Position numbers and translations under genes: made by a program
Shown: positions 9,051-22,745 of the stretch, one piece after another
Position numbering within the stretch: the stretch's first letter is position 1
Layout: every line of letters begins with the position of its first letter
Assembly (NCBI GenBank): GCA_965655095.1
Contig: OZ296650.1
Coordinates: 26,040,001 to 26,104,000, forward strand
DNA from: Haplodiscus bocki
Lineage: Eukaryota
Reading direction: 5' to 3'
Length of the DNA: 64,000 nucleotides
The notes under the pieces: model-generated
Told to the model about the DNA's origin: nothing
Databases searched by the model: none
What the model saw: the letters and a program-made list of their open reading frames with translations, nothing else

Positions 9051-11754
9051 AACCTCGAAAACAGCAGACCAAATAATTTCATAGCATGTTTCATTTCATC
9101 GGTTACAAGTTTGGTAACCGGTTAAATTCTTTTGACCGTTTAACCGGTTAACCTTTTCAGCGCTCTACGAATCACAGATTGAGCAAAACACAAGCGGAAC
9201 ATTTTCCCCGAAGAACCGGAAACACTTCGAGCAATCCGCATTTTAATATGCTTTTTCTACTGACGGTCGTTTTCAAAAAATTGTGTTTTTCGTTTGCTAA
9301 AAAAGAGTGAATGTATTCCAGATTTAGAAAGTGTGAATAACATATGATTAAAATGACATTTTTCCTGGGAAATGTAATAAATCGAAATGTTTTTGAAACA
9401 AAAAGCTGTTAAATGTACGAAGTCCCTCCCATATTTGGCGAGAAATGGCGGTTATAAAATAAAAGCTGATAATACCGAGCTTACGTTTTAAAAATGAAAA
9501 TGGGTAACCTTGGGCAGCTTATAAAAGTATTAAAATATAAAAAAAGATTTAGATGTATTAGAGCATTGCAAGGATTTTTTCCAACGAGCACGGTTGGAAA
9601 AATGTTACTATTCACTAGTACATTACCAGTGAAATTTTGAATGTCAAAGTTTTGAGTTCGTCAGATTTCAAATCTAATCAATCAATGGTGATTTCTATTG
9701 GATTGAAATTTGTGTAATTGATGATATATTATCATTTGTTAATACATATAATCATAATGTTTATAAAAAGTTTCATGCATATCGCTTTCGTCCATAAAAC
9801 CCAGGTTGACCTCTTATGGATAACCATTCTTGATTCATATATGATTCATCCATGATCCATGGCATGCCATGCAGAGCATAATCTCAAGATGATGGCATGT
9901 TATCCACAAATCTCGGATGATGTTCCACAAATCACGAATGATTTTCATCGAATTAGCAAAAAAATAGGATTTTCTCCAGAAAGGTACCGAAAATTTGTCA
10001 CACAGAATATAGATTCAAAATCAATACGCATAGTGAGAATTTGAGAAAATGAGAACTGGAAGGGTCCAAGTGGCCGCCGCCCGTAAGGTCAAAATATCCA
10101 TTGAAAATTCTGTGTTTTTATAAAATTGTAGCTTTTTGGGACAAAAATTTTGGCTTTATTGCGTTTTTAGCAAAGTTTAAGTCAAAAATTTGGTACGATA
10201 TACATTCTGTCTGGAAAAATCCTTAGTTTAAACAATTTTGGCACATGTCTTTGCTGAACGTTTTTTTTATATATGCAAAGCGGGTATTATGAAAAAAAAA
10301 CGTTTTCGTGTTATTGACCTGCACTTATGGTTCCAAAATTAATGGGTACCCAGACAACTTTGGTATCTCGAATAATTTGAAAAATTCATGGTTTTAGGCA
10401 GTCGAAACAAACGAAAAGCCACTGTAATAGTCGGGCACTTTTGTTAAAGATCCTATAAGAGACGCCTTGATATAAAATTAGACATCTTGGGTTGCCCGAA
10501 AAGGCAAAAGACTTTTACCAGAAAAATATCATGATACAGTTCGAAAATTCCAAATTGTAGTCTAAAAAAATATTTTTTTAAAATATTTTTCAGACTAAGT
10601 AGTCTGAAACAAATATTTCAGAAGCATTGAATTGGAAGAGGTGTAACAAACTTAACACAATTTTATTTAAAGTGATCTTTCAGAACGTGACTTTTTTAAT
10701 TGCCTTTGTTTTTTTTACGTTTACCTGCTAGTTGCAGGAGATTTTTATTATTTTGATATTGAAAATTTCGAACATTTTTCATAACCAAACTTGATCAAAT
10801 TTACCGTAGAATGCAAAAAAGTGGAAGTATTTCTCAAAAAGAGGGTACGAGAAGAACGTTTTCAGTGGAAAATGTTGGCAAATATAGCCAATGTGATACA
10901 GAAGGAAAATAGAGGTGTAATTTTTCCTGCAAATGCATCTTTAACAAAAACTTAGAGCAGAATATATTCCTAAGACAACCGGCTGCCTCCCTTAAGTAGT
11001 AAGATTACTCAAAGTAATCTGCTGCATTTTAAGAAAGTTTTCTTTTCTTAGAAAGACAACTTCCAAAGCTAATAGCACCGAACCAAGGTCATAAAATAAT
11101 TTGCAGAGGCGTGTTTCTCAGTATTTTTGAAACGTCACCCACAGCCATCTTTTGAGGGAATAACTGTTTCTAGCGAATTTAATTTTTTCCGACTTTCAGT
11201 TAAAACGTACTTTCTCGAACAAACTCAGCGCTGAGTTTCTGCAGTTCATGTCTCTTTGCTGTTCGGACTTTTTCAAGAAAGGCAACTTTTGCCTGACTTT
11301 CATCGTGTTGACTTTCATCGTGTTAACTTAATTTGCTTCGACTTTAACAGTTAGCTTATTCAACTGCTGTTTTCCTTAGTTTTACTTTTTTCTCTCGTTC
11401 TTCTGCTTGACACCCTTCCATTGATTTCTGTTTGTTGTAATCGCATTATTGAAATGGATTTGTCTATGAACTTATTTGATAAGATTTTTTTAACTACCAA
11501 ATTTATTGTAGCGCTTTAGACCGGTAATTTTTTGTACGGTGACGATCTAGATTACATTAGCAGTTCAGTGTACAAGACTGCGATTTTCTAGAATAAGTAT
11601 AGCAGCAGTGCCTTGGTAACCTAACCCTTCAGAGTTCCTTCTTCTTCAACACAATTCTTTTGCCCCACCTTGCAAACTGTTCGCCGCACTTTTTTTTCGC
11701 CACACTATTGCCAATTTATTTGCCGCTGCTTTTCTGATTGAAAAAGAAATTATT

Positions 11755-12270
11755 ACAAGAAAGCGGGCTACCACCAGCATATTTTGTGCCTTCCCATTTC
11801 TCTAAAGAAGGCTTTTTGAAAAAATGAAAACATTTATTTCCGAGAAAACACTCTTCATATTTTCAAACTTTTCCAATGTTCAAAATTTACTGATTTTTTG
11901 CCAAAAAACCTCATAATTCGGGCGGAACAGACATTTTTGGAAAAACTACCATTTGATAAGCGTTGTACAGCAAAATTTGACGCCTTCAGCACTTTTGAAG
12001 ATATTCAAGTTTTTTTTCAAAAAACCCATCTATTTTTTCAAAAAAACTCCTATTATTTCTGTTTTGGGAAATCTTATTATTTCAGTCGGATTCTAGGGTA
12101 AAATTGCTATATTTTGGTGCAAAAAATTCTTGCTTCGGACGTTCAGAAACGTGAACAAATTGCCGATGTTAACGTGAACGTAACTGGCAAATATGGAGTA
12201 AAAAACGCAGCCATTGGAGAGGATGCGCCCATTGCTACCAATTTATAAATAAGGAGCAAAGAAAAGTTTT
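11755..12270 (-). mobile_element. Helitron-like non-autonomous element
   Basis: The acaagaaagcgggctaccaccagcatatttt terminus resembles 6527 and 41928; the body is homologous to 41928-42400 and, inverted, to 38450-38950. Confidence 0.55.
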
Positions 12271-12299
12271 TTTCAAGGCTGCTTGCTCCCAAAAAAACA

Positions 12300-13056
12300 C
12301 CAAATCAAGAAATTCGAAGATTATACGGAACAATATATCTCAACAACTGTACTAAGACATACCTGCTTCTCTTCGTGAACTTTGTGATGTCGCCCATGAA
12401 ACCTACCCCTTTTTGATTGTTAAAAACGTTAGTTTGCTTATAACTTTCTCCGTTTGGTTGACCAACCGAGCTTTACGGTAGGAGGCTTGTAAAGTCAGAC
12501 CCGCACATGCTAATGCTGCCTTGCATTTCGCAGTGACAACTCATTCCTTTCGTGAAAATGGCGGATTGAGACTCTAACCGTCCATTGTCAAATAAAATCA
12601 GCGCTGAGAATTGCATTCACCCGTTCACAGAAGTATTAGGCACTCCTTGATTTCAAATTCAAGACGCAGTGGTGCAATCAATCCGACATGCCAGCAACGA
12701 TCCTGATAACAAGCAAGTAGATTGATCACGCGGTCGGAGTTTTCGTGATTACCGGTCCACATCTCTAGGAACCGGTCCAAACAATAACAAAAAATCCGAA
12801 ACTCTTCAACACAGTGAAAAAAGCAAATTACCTTATGCCACCACAGGAGCATCAACTGACGGAAGAGTTCCAAACTCTACTCCCCGAACGCACCAAAAAA
12901 TGATAAAATAGATAGAAGTTACTGCTCTCAGCGCATCGATAAAAAGAGAGTTGATAATTATGGCAGATTCAATCACTCTAGCCGTGATAGCTTCCAAAAT
13001 TGTTTCAAGTAGGGCACAATTGTCGCGGGCATGTAAAAGAAAGAAGATTAATTGAA
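12300..13056 (+). pseudogene. Degenerate Ty3/Gypsy gag
   Basis: LRELCDVAHETYP...FSVWLTNRALR*EACKVRPAHANAALHFA resembles the gag capsid C-terminus. The region ends in a decayed zinc knuckle CFK*G..H..LSRACKRKKIN*. Confidence 0.45.
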
Positions 13057-15499
13057 TTTGGATTTACTATCCGTTTCCTATTTTCAATCTCGTTTAGAGT
13101 GTGTGCGTGACTAACGCTCCGTTTGTTGTTTAAACTAACACAAGCGCTGTGGTGCGTCAACTGAGTTAGTCTCCAGAGCTCTTACCTTCTTACTTTTTTT
13201 GCCTCGCCGGGTCCGCCAAGAAATATTGCGCAATTTCAGTAACAAGGACTTTACGATCAATCAAGGGGAAAGATGAAACAATAAATTAATCAGCCCACAA
13301 AGCAAAGTGAAATGTGTTTAAGTGAAATGAATTGCAAATGCACGTCTCTGAGGATTTGGTCATTATGACTGTTGGCGAAGAAAGGGAGAAATTCAAGACA
13401 ACAGCAGTCTAGTTCCGCAAATCTTTACAAACAATCACTTTCTGCAGCAAAAATTCAACAAATATATATCTCCCCTCGAAAATTTATGCCTTGTAAATTT
13501 TTCCAAAATTTATCTGGCAACAACTTGTGAACATTGAAAGTAATCACCTTTCCATCTTATTAACAGTATAAAAAACTGAGTTGACAAATCAGACTAGGGA
13601 ATAAAGAACTCGCAGTATTCAAGAAAAAAGTATTATATTGAATATATATCAACGAAGTCAATAAAGAATTAAACCATCAATTTTTGATACTGATATAACA
13701 GTTCACAAAATTTCTGAAATTCATTTCATCAATTTCATCCAAACTTATAAAGTTTGAAAGATACGAGAATTTTCAGGAAAGATCTGAAAGAAAATTAAGA
13801 GTAAAATCAGTTTTTGAACGAGTATTTTTGGAGCTTTTGGCGAGGGCAAATAGTGTGATCTTCGCTTTTTCTAGCACTGCTTCTCCTATTCGTTGTTCAT
13901 TTTGGTGACATTTTAAGTTTTACGTTTTATTTATATGTCGCTTGCAGTTTCATCCTTTTGTCCATGTTCAGTACCTGGCAATTCGCGGTCAACTGGTTTG
14001 GGTTTCAGGATTTTTTTTGTTCATTCACACATCAAGATATCAAGGTCGAGCTGTGAGTTCGAACAAAAATTTTATATGTGTTTTAACCTTTCAGAATTTC
14101 GATTTTTATCTAGACACATGTACCATGCCAAACACAGGCTACTTGGTTGGGTCTCTTGTTTTGTCCTTTATTGTCCAACCGAGACTAATGTCTGGCGAAC
14201 TTTATGGAAGGAAAATTTGAAACTTTATGGCCGAGCGAAAAATCAACTGCACCTCGCGAATTCAAAAGGAATTTATCAGTAAGCCCGAAAATTTATAAGT
14301 TTTTACTTAATCGGAATTTTCGTAGGGAAACCAGCCATATTTCACGTCTGGAATTGTGGAAGTAGTGTTAGACCTGACCAGAGAGATGTACTCATTCTGT
14401 ATTAACAAAATCTTTGACAAACGGATACCATCAATGAAGTCGGTTGACATGCGCGTTGTTCCACAGCTCTTCTTTTATGAATAAAACTTGCGATAGAATT
14501 GAATAGGAGTTTCTACACGAAGTCAGAGAATGGAATTTTCATAGAATGATTTGCGAAAAGGACGGTTTCCGCATATTTGTTCCGTAACTAGGAACTTAGA
14601 TTGAATTTTCAGTTACCACTACACGAGACGAGGCGAGACTTCGTCTATATAACCCCAAATAAATTTCTTCTGAGGAACTTTGTGAAGGTTGTGCAGTTTA
14701 ACATTTGCTCTAGCTTCAGAGTGGAATATCTTCCGTGGAATCCGCACACGCCAGCACCGAAGCTGGCGTTAGTGGACACTTTAGACTCCAGTGGCAAGAG
14801 TATGGAATAGGTGAGCAAACAGAGGAAGTTTTCATAAGTCCGAAAAAATTTGGACTTTGAATAATTTTGTCTAAAAAGGCAAAGAGAGAAGAAGAGGTGG
14901 ACCTAGAACTTTTTGACCAAGTAGGGAGAGAAGAGAGAAAGGGAGTTTGGATTGAGAACATTTTCGTCCAAGGGAATAAAAGGCAGAAGGGAAGTTGAAC
15001 TTAGAAAAATTTGTCCAAGAAAAGAATGAGGAGAACAAGAGATGGGGAGAGCAAGTGAGAAGAGGATTAAGCAGTCCCGTCCGTTCAACGGGAAAGAAAA
15101 TTATGATCGAGTTGGTTTCGTAGATCGTCTCCAAGATCACAGCATGCTGCCGTATCATGCGACGAATAGGAAATTGGCTCGTGCCAAGCATGAGAGCAGC
15201 TGGACTCAAAAGGAAAATAGCTCTTGTTAGAAGTTTTTATAAAAAAGAATTGTGCAATCCCAATGTTAACTTTATTCCTCCAGCTTCTTATTGTTTTTTA
15301 TTTTACACCATCAACATCACATCGAAAGGTTAACTTTAATTAATTAACGTTTTAATTTATTAACGTTTAAGCGTTGTGTGTAACGCGATGCAATCCTTAT
15401 CTTGAGGCGCAAACGCCATGCCAGACGCCAAAAAGTAACAAGGCAACTTCAGAGGGAATCACGAAACCATCAGGAAAGGAAAATGATGGAACTAGATTT

Positions 15500-15956
15500 T
15501 GGACGAAAACGTTTTTGTATTTATTTGATCACTAATTTCCCTTTAGATGCTGTTTGAGACTCAAGAGTTAATATTTGTTGTTTCATTCTCGAAAATAATA
15601 GTCACCTCCCCCGCTACATCCGATCAAATCTCAGACTTGGCTCTAAACGTCTTTTTGCGACTGCTCAAGGTTGTAGTATAACGATGGGGGGAGTTGACAT
15701 GGAAATAAAAGTTGCAACCATGGAGTTCCTATGCACCTTCTCAATCGTAGAAGCTTGCGAATTAGAGGGTTTGTTAGGTCTTAACTTGATGGAGACACAA
15801 AATTGTGATTGTATGTTTCCTCTATCAGAAGTTTTCAGAAGAATCGGGGTCTGTTCTGGCCCTATACCCTGCAAGTTGTTGCCAAAGAGCCGTCCTGTTG
15901 CGATTCTTGTTGGTCATGATACGATCATCATGGGGACGGAAGACTTCAACGATTAG
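15500..15956 (+). pseudogene. Degenerate Gypsy-type aspartic protease (retropepsin)
   Basis: One frame reads PLDAV*DSRVNICC...FATAQGCSITMGGVDMEIKVATMEFLCTFSIVEACELEGLLGLNLMETQNC. The catalytic D(S/T)G is mutated to DSR at 15558-15566, with TANG-like and ILG-D-L-like motifs. Confidence 0.7.
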
Positions 15957-17989
15957 ACAGTGCTAACTACGGTGGCATCTTTGAGCTCTCACAGTCTTCT
16001 GTAATTGTTTGGGAATGAAACGAGTTTCCAGATGGTTCAAAAAACATTGCGAGTGTTTTTTGGGTGAGGAGTTACCAAGGTCACCAACGTTATAGTTTTG
16101 GAAATTTTAGCAATGAAGAAATTAGCCGACCTACTTTTCAAAGTTTGGGGGCCCAATTACTTGTTATCATTTGGTGCAAAAGTCTTTTTTGTATTAATGC
16201 GCTCTCAAAGTTGTGACTGACAAAACCCATCAAAAACGGTTGCCTAAAATTGGACAAAAAAGCTTGCAATTTTGCAGCATGTTCACTAAAGGCTGATGTT
16301 TTCCTAGGGCCATGTTGCTTGTATGGTAGTGAAATATTATTGAGTCTCTGAAACAACAAAGTTAACTTGATCTGATTCTTTCTCGATGGAATTAGGCTGT
16401 TTTATTTTACAAAAAAAATGTGAAAAGTGATGTTTCTCTGGCTTTTCATCAGTAATGAAGCCTTCAAACGGTTTCATTTTTTTCCTGATCTGGTAGAAGG
16501 ATCCTCCAAAAATGAGTATTTGATATGACAGTCCATGGTTCTTTGCGCAGTTTTTGACGAATTTTTAACAGTGGTGTCGTTCAATGGGGTATATGACAAA
16601 TTTATGGCTCTTTCAAGCCTAGTTATTCCGTAGACTTCGATCCTATCAGCCCAATGCTTCATATACAAACCACGGAGAAGCTTTAGAGGCTACTCAGAGT
16701 CTCAGCGCTTCTGGAGCTAGAGTTTGTACTCCAAAGTTCAGTTGTTTTTGATTTGTGATGTTAACTTTTTATCTTTTAGCAGTGTCTGCAGCAGAAAACA
16801 ACGTGTCCAAGTTCTTGTTTATCAGTTCTGGTTTGCACCAGCTGAACTTCATCTTAACCATCAGGGTCAGGCGGCACCATGTTTTTAAGGAAGACTTTCG
16901 GTCAAAGTTTGTAAGCTGAGCTTGAGCGTTCCATGGTGTAACCTTCCGTCTCTTCCGAGAATCGCACATGGAAACCGAGGCATCAAAATTACAGGCAGTC
17001 AGAGTCGTATGGATTTTTCCGCGTTTCCGCAGTTTATCTCTTGTTGCCCCATCTCAATCTTATGTACTTGGAGCTTCTGCAATGTTCCTGTTACATTTGT
17101 TCTCGCCTGAGAAAAAAAATTGTTACTGGGTGGCTCTGTGTTTTTAATTTTGAACGTCAGCTGAAAATTGGTATCGTTTTGGTTGCTTGGAAGAATTTTT
17201 AGAGCCCGAAAAGCTAAAACCAAAAAGTTGCATGCATTATTTAGTAAAAATGAAGTTGAAACAGTTTTATTAAAAAAAATCCGTATGCACGATGACAGAC
17301 CTGAATTGTTCGACAGACTGTCGATTTGATGGTGTTGAGAACAAAAGTTCCCTGTTTTTTATGTTGAGTTTTGAGCAAGTTTCAATAATGTGAAAACAAT
17401 TTTTTTTTCATATGATTATAATCTTCACTGCTAAAATTACCTTTTGTAAATGACCTTTGTTTTTTTACTAAAGAAACACATTGCTTTTGCAAAAAAAGTT
17501 GTTTATTTTCACAGCATCACAATACCGTTCCATGCAATGTAACTGCAATATTTTCTCCATCGTAAAAAAAATGCGACATCTTCAAAGAAAAGGTGTTTAA
17601 TAACTCTACCCACGCACAAATTGAAAAAGTTAAATAAAAATCAGCCTTTTCCAAAAATGCATTTTTTTCTTTCTTCATAGCGAATGAATATGTCTATGTA
17701 TTGTTCATAATTATTGAATTTTGATAAAAAAAAAATTGGGGAATTTTCACTTCTTAATATTACTTGAGACAGAAAAGGCTTAGATATTGAACTCTGATAC
17801 ATAATTTAGTAATCGCAACAAACTCCAATTTATGTCAAGCGAGTGGTAACTACTTAGCAATTAGTTGTACATAAAACGAGTTTGTAAAAATGCAGAAAAA
17901 GTCGAGCGCCAACAACAGCCCCTTCCCCTCGCCCTCGCCCTCCAGCCCTTCCCCTTCACTCCTCGCCCTTTACCCTATGCTTCCCTAAT

Positions 17990-18330
17990 TCCCGCCGGTA
18001 TGTCCATAGTTGAGTTTTGCAGGAGAGAGAATTCACCAATTTCGTTTCTTTTGTTTCGTGTAACTTCCTCATGAACGTCAACCGAGGACAGAACGTACGT
18101 AGAGTGGAATGTAACATCTCTTTATTTGACACAACGCCCCCAGGGATGTTTGCCATTTACGCGAATGAAGATGAAAACTTTTTGACATGTCTTCATTCTG
18201 TTATTGCTCGCCAACTCTTTTGCTGCTTCCAAACGTTTGCAACAGCATTGTTTCCAGGGCTGTACAGCACTTCTGTAGCGCAGTTTAGGACGAATAACAG
18301 AAGCAACATGAATTGGTAGCAAAATACTCT
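17990..18330 (-). pseudogene. 3' fragment of a LINE reverse transcriptase
   Basis: VIRPKLRYRSAV/YSPGNNAVA/KRLEA.QK resembles the LINE post-RT motif LVRPxLEYxSxVWSP...LExVQ; later TKLVNSLSCKTQLW. Confidence 0.5.
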
Positions 18331-18649
18331 ATTTCTAGTTTGTGGAGAATTAAAACATGATGATTGAATAACAACAATTTTTGCTAATTGCTGTAAATTG
18401 CAGAATTTGCAAGTATCTTGAAGTGTGAAGCATTAAAAAGTATCCTTTCAAGTTCTGTCGGAGTGGCGGAACTTTCAAGTGCCACAAATGGATCATGGCG
18501 GAACTTAAAAACTACTTGTTTCTGCTATTCATTTTAGCCAATTTGAATACTTTCACGAACTGAAGTCCTGACTAATAAGCACAGTAAACTGCCTTTATAC
18601 CTCTGAAGAACGCTGAAAAAAAATTAGAGCCAAAAATCATCACTGAGTA

Positions 18650-18830
18650 GTACACTTTAGGAACTCATTTTCTCTGAAACAGCGCTGATTAGCACTGGTA
18701 TTTTCTACCAACTGTTAACCAGCGCTCAACATTATGAAATCCTGCCACAACGTTGTTTAGCTCTGATTCAGAGAAAACGAAATTACAAGAGCTGTTTCAG
18801 AGCTCTTTGTTCTCTGAATCAAGAAAACTG
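18650..18830. repeat. Fragment of the CAGCGCTG-rich element family
   Basis: cagcgctgatt, ctctgattcagag and tttcagagct motifs as in 38955-39848; other fragments at ~24960-25088 and ~50195-50340. Confidence 0.55.
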
Positions 18831-21189
18831 AAATGATATTTCAAAAATATTCAAGCGTTCCACCATTTTTTGGCGAGTTCATGAACCTTACAGTTCATTT
18901 TATAAGCCCAATCACCTCAAAAAAATCAAATGTACTATTTTTGATGTAATCATCAAACCAAACTAACTCCTAATGGAATTTAGATTGAGTTATCAACTAA
19001 TCTAAAACAGGATGATCACCAAAAGGTAGATTATAACTGTCACCTGCTTGTTTCGTTTGGTAATTTTGGAAACTGTCCTAAAAAACAATCAAGCAGATCC
19101 GAATTAGGTAGATTTTGGAGCTCCTCTGACATTCAAAAAAAGGCGGGACCAGTATTATTTGAAACAGATGATTATAGAACAAATTGCTCCATCTCCTTTC
19201 CCCTTGTTTTCCGAGGTTTTTACTATCAAAGGATTCTTGAGTCACAACAGATGGAAAACTGGAGCTGAACCGGGTGGAAAACAGTAGAGGATGTAGAGGA
19301 TGACCCACTTGAGAAATTTTAACAGACAGTCAGATATTATTTAAATTTATGAGTACTATAGTAGAAAATTTATTGCATTGTTTTTTTCTGAAAAGTATGA
19401 CAATGGTGATCTTTATTGACATCAAAAGGAGTCCTCATGTCTGAATTTTTTGGAAAGAATTTCACGCTTGCTCCCAAATTGTAAGAAACGAGTTTTTTTT
19501 ACGGAAATAACGAAAATAACGAATATTAGCAAAAATGAATCGGTTTGTTTCAGTTGGGTGGTTGCAGCAGTTAATGGTTCAGGGAGTTATGACAAAAAAA
19601 TCAGGATTCAATCGATCAATATGCAAAAGTGTTAATAAAATGAATAAAGTTCCAATCTAATTTGTTTTCCGGGGGCGATTTGCAGGAAAAAGTAGAAATT
19701 TATACCAAGGGCTTCATTTTTCCACCATTTAAAAGAGGATAGAAATTTTCAAAGTTGGGAATAGCTTACCAGTGGAGCTATTTCGAATCAATTGGAGAAT
19801 ACTGTCCTTTCTAAAGCTGGAATCCTGATTTATTAGTGGAAAATAGGACGAACCAAGGACTGGCATAACGTTCAAATCCGTTGTTAAGATTTGAGCAGCC
19901 GTAACATCTGTAGTATTTGTGAGAAATATCTAAGTCTTCTAACATCTAATTCAAAAAACTTGCAATTTCCACCTTTGCATTTCTTGGAGTGTCTTGGTGA
20001 CGTGGGTGGTCTTTCTGGACTGTGTGTGTGTGAACGGAGTTTGAGAGAACTCCCTGGTTCTGTCACTTGGGCCATTAGCCTGAAAATCTCTTGCATTAAC
20101 TCAATTCAGTTCTTCTTTCCCCAACAAGCTCGAAAATAAATTTCAACTTGCTTCCGATTGAACTCACTTTCTTCAGCTTCCTCCAAGTAGTGTCACATTT
20201 TCGCGCTCTAGTTAACACAAGCAGGCAATCCAATTCCCGGCTAATAGCCTCTTATTCAATAATTCTTCGGTGGGTTGGTGGTGTGAATTAGTGTGAAAAA
20301 GGAGGAGCCTAATCATCATCTACTATAGTTGAGATTCAGCAGAGAACTACAAAATGCTGAATTGCTGAATTGTTTTCAATGACCGCTCTTAATTTAAAAG
20401 CGCTCGACCATTACATCAAGTTTATTTTCGTAAGAGGACAGACGCCAAGTAAAATAGATCCATTTTCTGCAAAACTGCAACAATAGCTCAAATCGCATGG
20501 ACTGGTGTTACTAATACAGCGACACAGTATAGAACGTATCACAGATCTCCTCCAATTTTGAAAATTTCTTCAAATGCATGTACTCAAAGCCCTTAGAGAA
20601 AACGACTTCTAAGATTTTCGTGATACTTTTCTTTGCCTATATCAATTCGGCAAAGAAAAAATCAAAATTTCTGGCTTGAGACGATTAGCAGCGCCGACAC
20701 TGAGCTGCTATCGGCTTTTTACTCCTTGGCGATACTGTATGAATTTTTTGTATGCCACAATTAACGTGCACAAGCAAATTATTCAAAAAAAAATCGGACA
20801 ATCAGCATACATATATTTGAGAAATTGTCACCGCTGTATTAAAGGAATGTTCAGTTTCTGAGATATCCGTAGAAAAAATAAAATCTTTAGCTTGTTCAAT
20901 GCTTCAATCACTACTGGCAGAAACCAATGTTAATCGTTTAGTTTTCTGGAAACCATTATATGCTATCTACGAGCGTTCAGATCACTTGCTTCTGCGAGCC
21001 GCGTCAACTTTAGACAGGGGCAAAAAACGTGAGATTCATTTTTGTTTTCCGTCGAAAAAAAATTACGAAATTAAAACCATTCTCTCCATGTGTAGACTTT
21101 TTTCTCATAGATTTGCCAATTCTGGCTGCGTAAATTGCGTAATTTTTGAAAAAAAAACCAATTGGCTACAATTATTTTTCAAGCGGCTC

Positions 21190-21500
21190 AATGCAGTCTA
21201 GACAACCCCGTCGAAAAATTTTTGCTCGAAGTCTTAAAATTTTTCTCTCGAAGTCCAAAAAAATCATGAAGTTATGAAGAAAATCTAAAAACGTTTCCAC
21301 CCAAGATGTTCGGCCGGACACGCAGAATGCAGTTACCAACCGTGCCTTGAAAGTATCACTCAAAATCCGAAAAGTTTTCGTTCGAAATCTGAAAAATTCT
21401 AAAATTGCACATTTTTCAATTTCATCAACCAATTTTTTTTTCGGACACGTAGAGAGCAGCTTTGACCAAACAAGACCAAAACAAATTGCTCAATGTGCAA
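21190..21500 (+). repeat. Degenerate ~125-bp satellite units (ggacacgtagaatgcagttttgacaacc family)
   Basis: Motif recurs at ~21190, 21315 and 21443; inverted copies at 57118 and 57248. Confidence 0.6.
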
Positions 21501-22309
21501 ATTTTTGCAGAAAAAAGACGAAAAATTCCAAAAAAAGTGTCGAAACTTGCTAATAAATTTGTCATATCTACACAATCAAATTCATTTTTCTTCAATACTG
21601 CCTTCTTCACTCGTTCTGCGAAAGTCTCAATCAACAGTTTTTTACTAGCCGACCAATTTCCATTAAAGTGATCTGTTTTTCCGGGATTCCGAATCCTGAC
21701 AGGGCAAACATAACCAGTATACTGTCAATATTTACCAATCTCGGCTTTTTTTCGAAACTACCTGCTTGATATCTTTAATCAGGGGCCCAATTAACAGCTC
21801 TATGCTTGGCGAGGACGCTGACACAGAAACCTCATGGTCCTTGATTGTTGCGCGGTAATCCTGATATTCTTTTAGGACCAAAATAGACTTTTTTGATGAA
21901 TTCAAAATCTCAAACGCCATTAAATTAATAATTGACAGCCTTCTTTCTGTAGGAGAACTTTCGAAGTGAATTTTTTGGTTTTTGCTGTTGCTGCTTACTA
22001 ATAATGATGAGCCGAAAATTCTGTAGAAAGCAAGTGTTTTTGCTTTTTTATCGAATTTCAAACTCAATTTTTTTCAAAATTTTCATCTTGAAATCTCACT
22101 ACAAGGTCTCAATTTTTTTTCAGTAGAGAATTCGGTGAAAATCCATTGTTGTACGTTCCATGAATCATTTCTACACCTTTGCAAAAAAATTTGCGGTTCG
22201 ATTGCGCTTCTTGGTAGGATTTAATCTCAGGATTCATTGTTTTGAAATTACTAACAAAACATGTGAACGGAAATTATATATATTAGATTACAATTTTTAC
22301 AGATTTTTT

Positions 22310-22745
22310 GTACTTTTGTTATCTTGTTCGACAAGTAGAGTTGACGGTCTTTTTAAAAAGAAGACATCAAATTGGTCTGCATTTCTTGCGTCACCACCAA
22401 TCCATTCCAGAGTATTTTTTCCCTCAAATCATTGATGATTTTTTTTTGATTTTGAGAAGAAATTTAAACCTTTAGAATGTCTCAACGACCGTGAATTGGA
22501 GAAAATTCAAACAAATTAGCTTGCCAGTGCAAAATTTCATCAAGTTTTCAAACATCCAGTTTCTTTTGTATCTGGATGTGTACGGTGGAGCACTGTCCTA
22601 TTGAAGAATAGAACCATTCGGATAAAGGAGGTAGGATGCATAACAAAGAAAACCTGGTAGAATGTTACAACACTTTGGACTAGATATTGTTGGTAATCCT
22701 TCTATCACTTTGAGGTGACAGCCCTGTGAAATAGAAGGACCTCAG
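22310..22745 (-). pseudogene. Degenerate Tc1-like transposase, catalytic C-terminal half
   Basis: GPSISQGCHLKVIEGLPTISSPKCCNILPGFL...LYPNGSILQ*DSAPPYTSRYKRNWMFEN../LHWQANLFEFSPI...LWNGL..TQEMQTNLMSS closely follows the Tc1 DDE consensus (ILQQDNAPxHTS...WPxNSPDLNPIE). Confidence 0.75.

Noticed and set aside
14040-14145. Decayed PHD finger (WHGTCV...FCSN) on the minus strand
   Set aside because: Only half the ligands are recognisable, with stops and frameshifts.
15170-15440. Minus-strand LTR with PBS (tgttac... / tggcacgagcca)
   Set aside because: No CA end adjacent to the TGG, no second LTR or TSD, and the PBS could not be matched to a tRNA.
19700-20230. BEL/Pao gag (LPxLxIxxFxG-like) on the minus strand
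   Set aside because: Needs several frameshifts; too weak to call.
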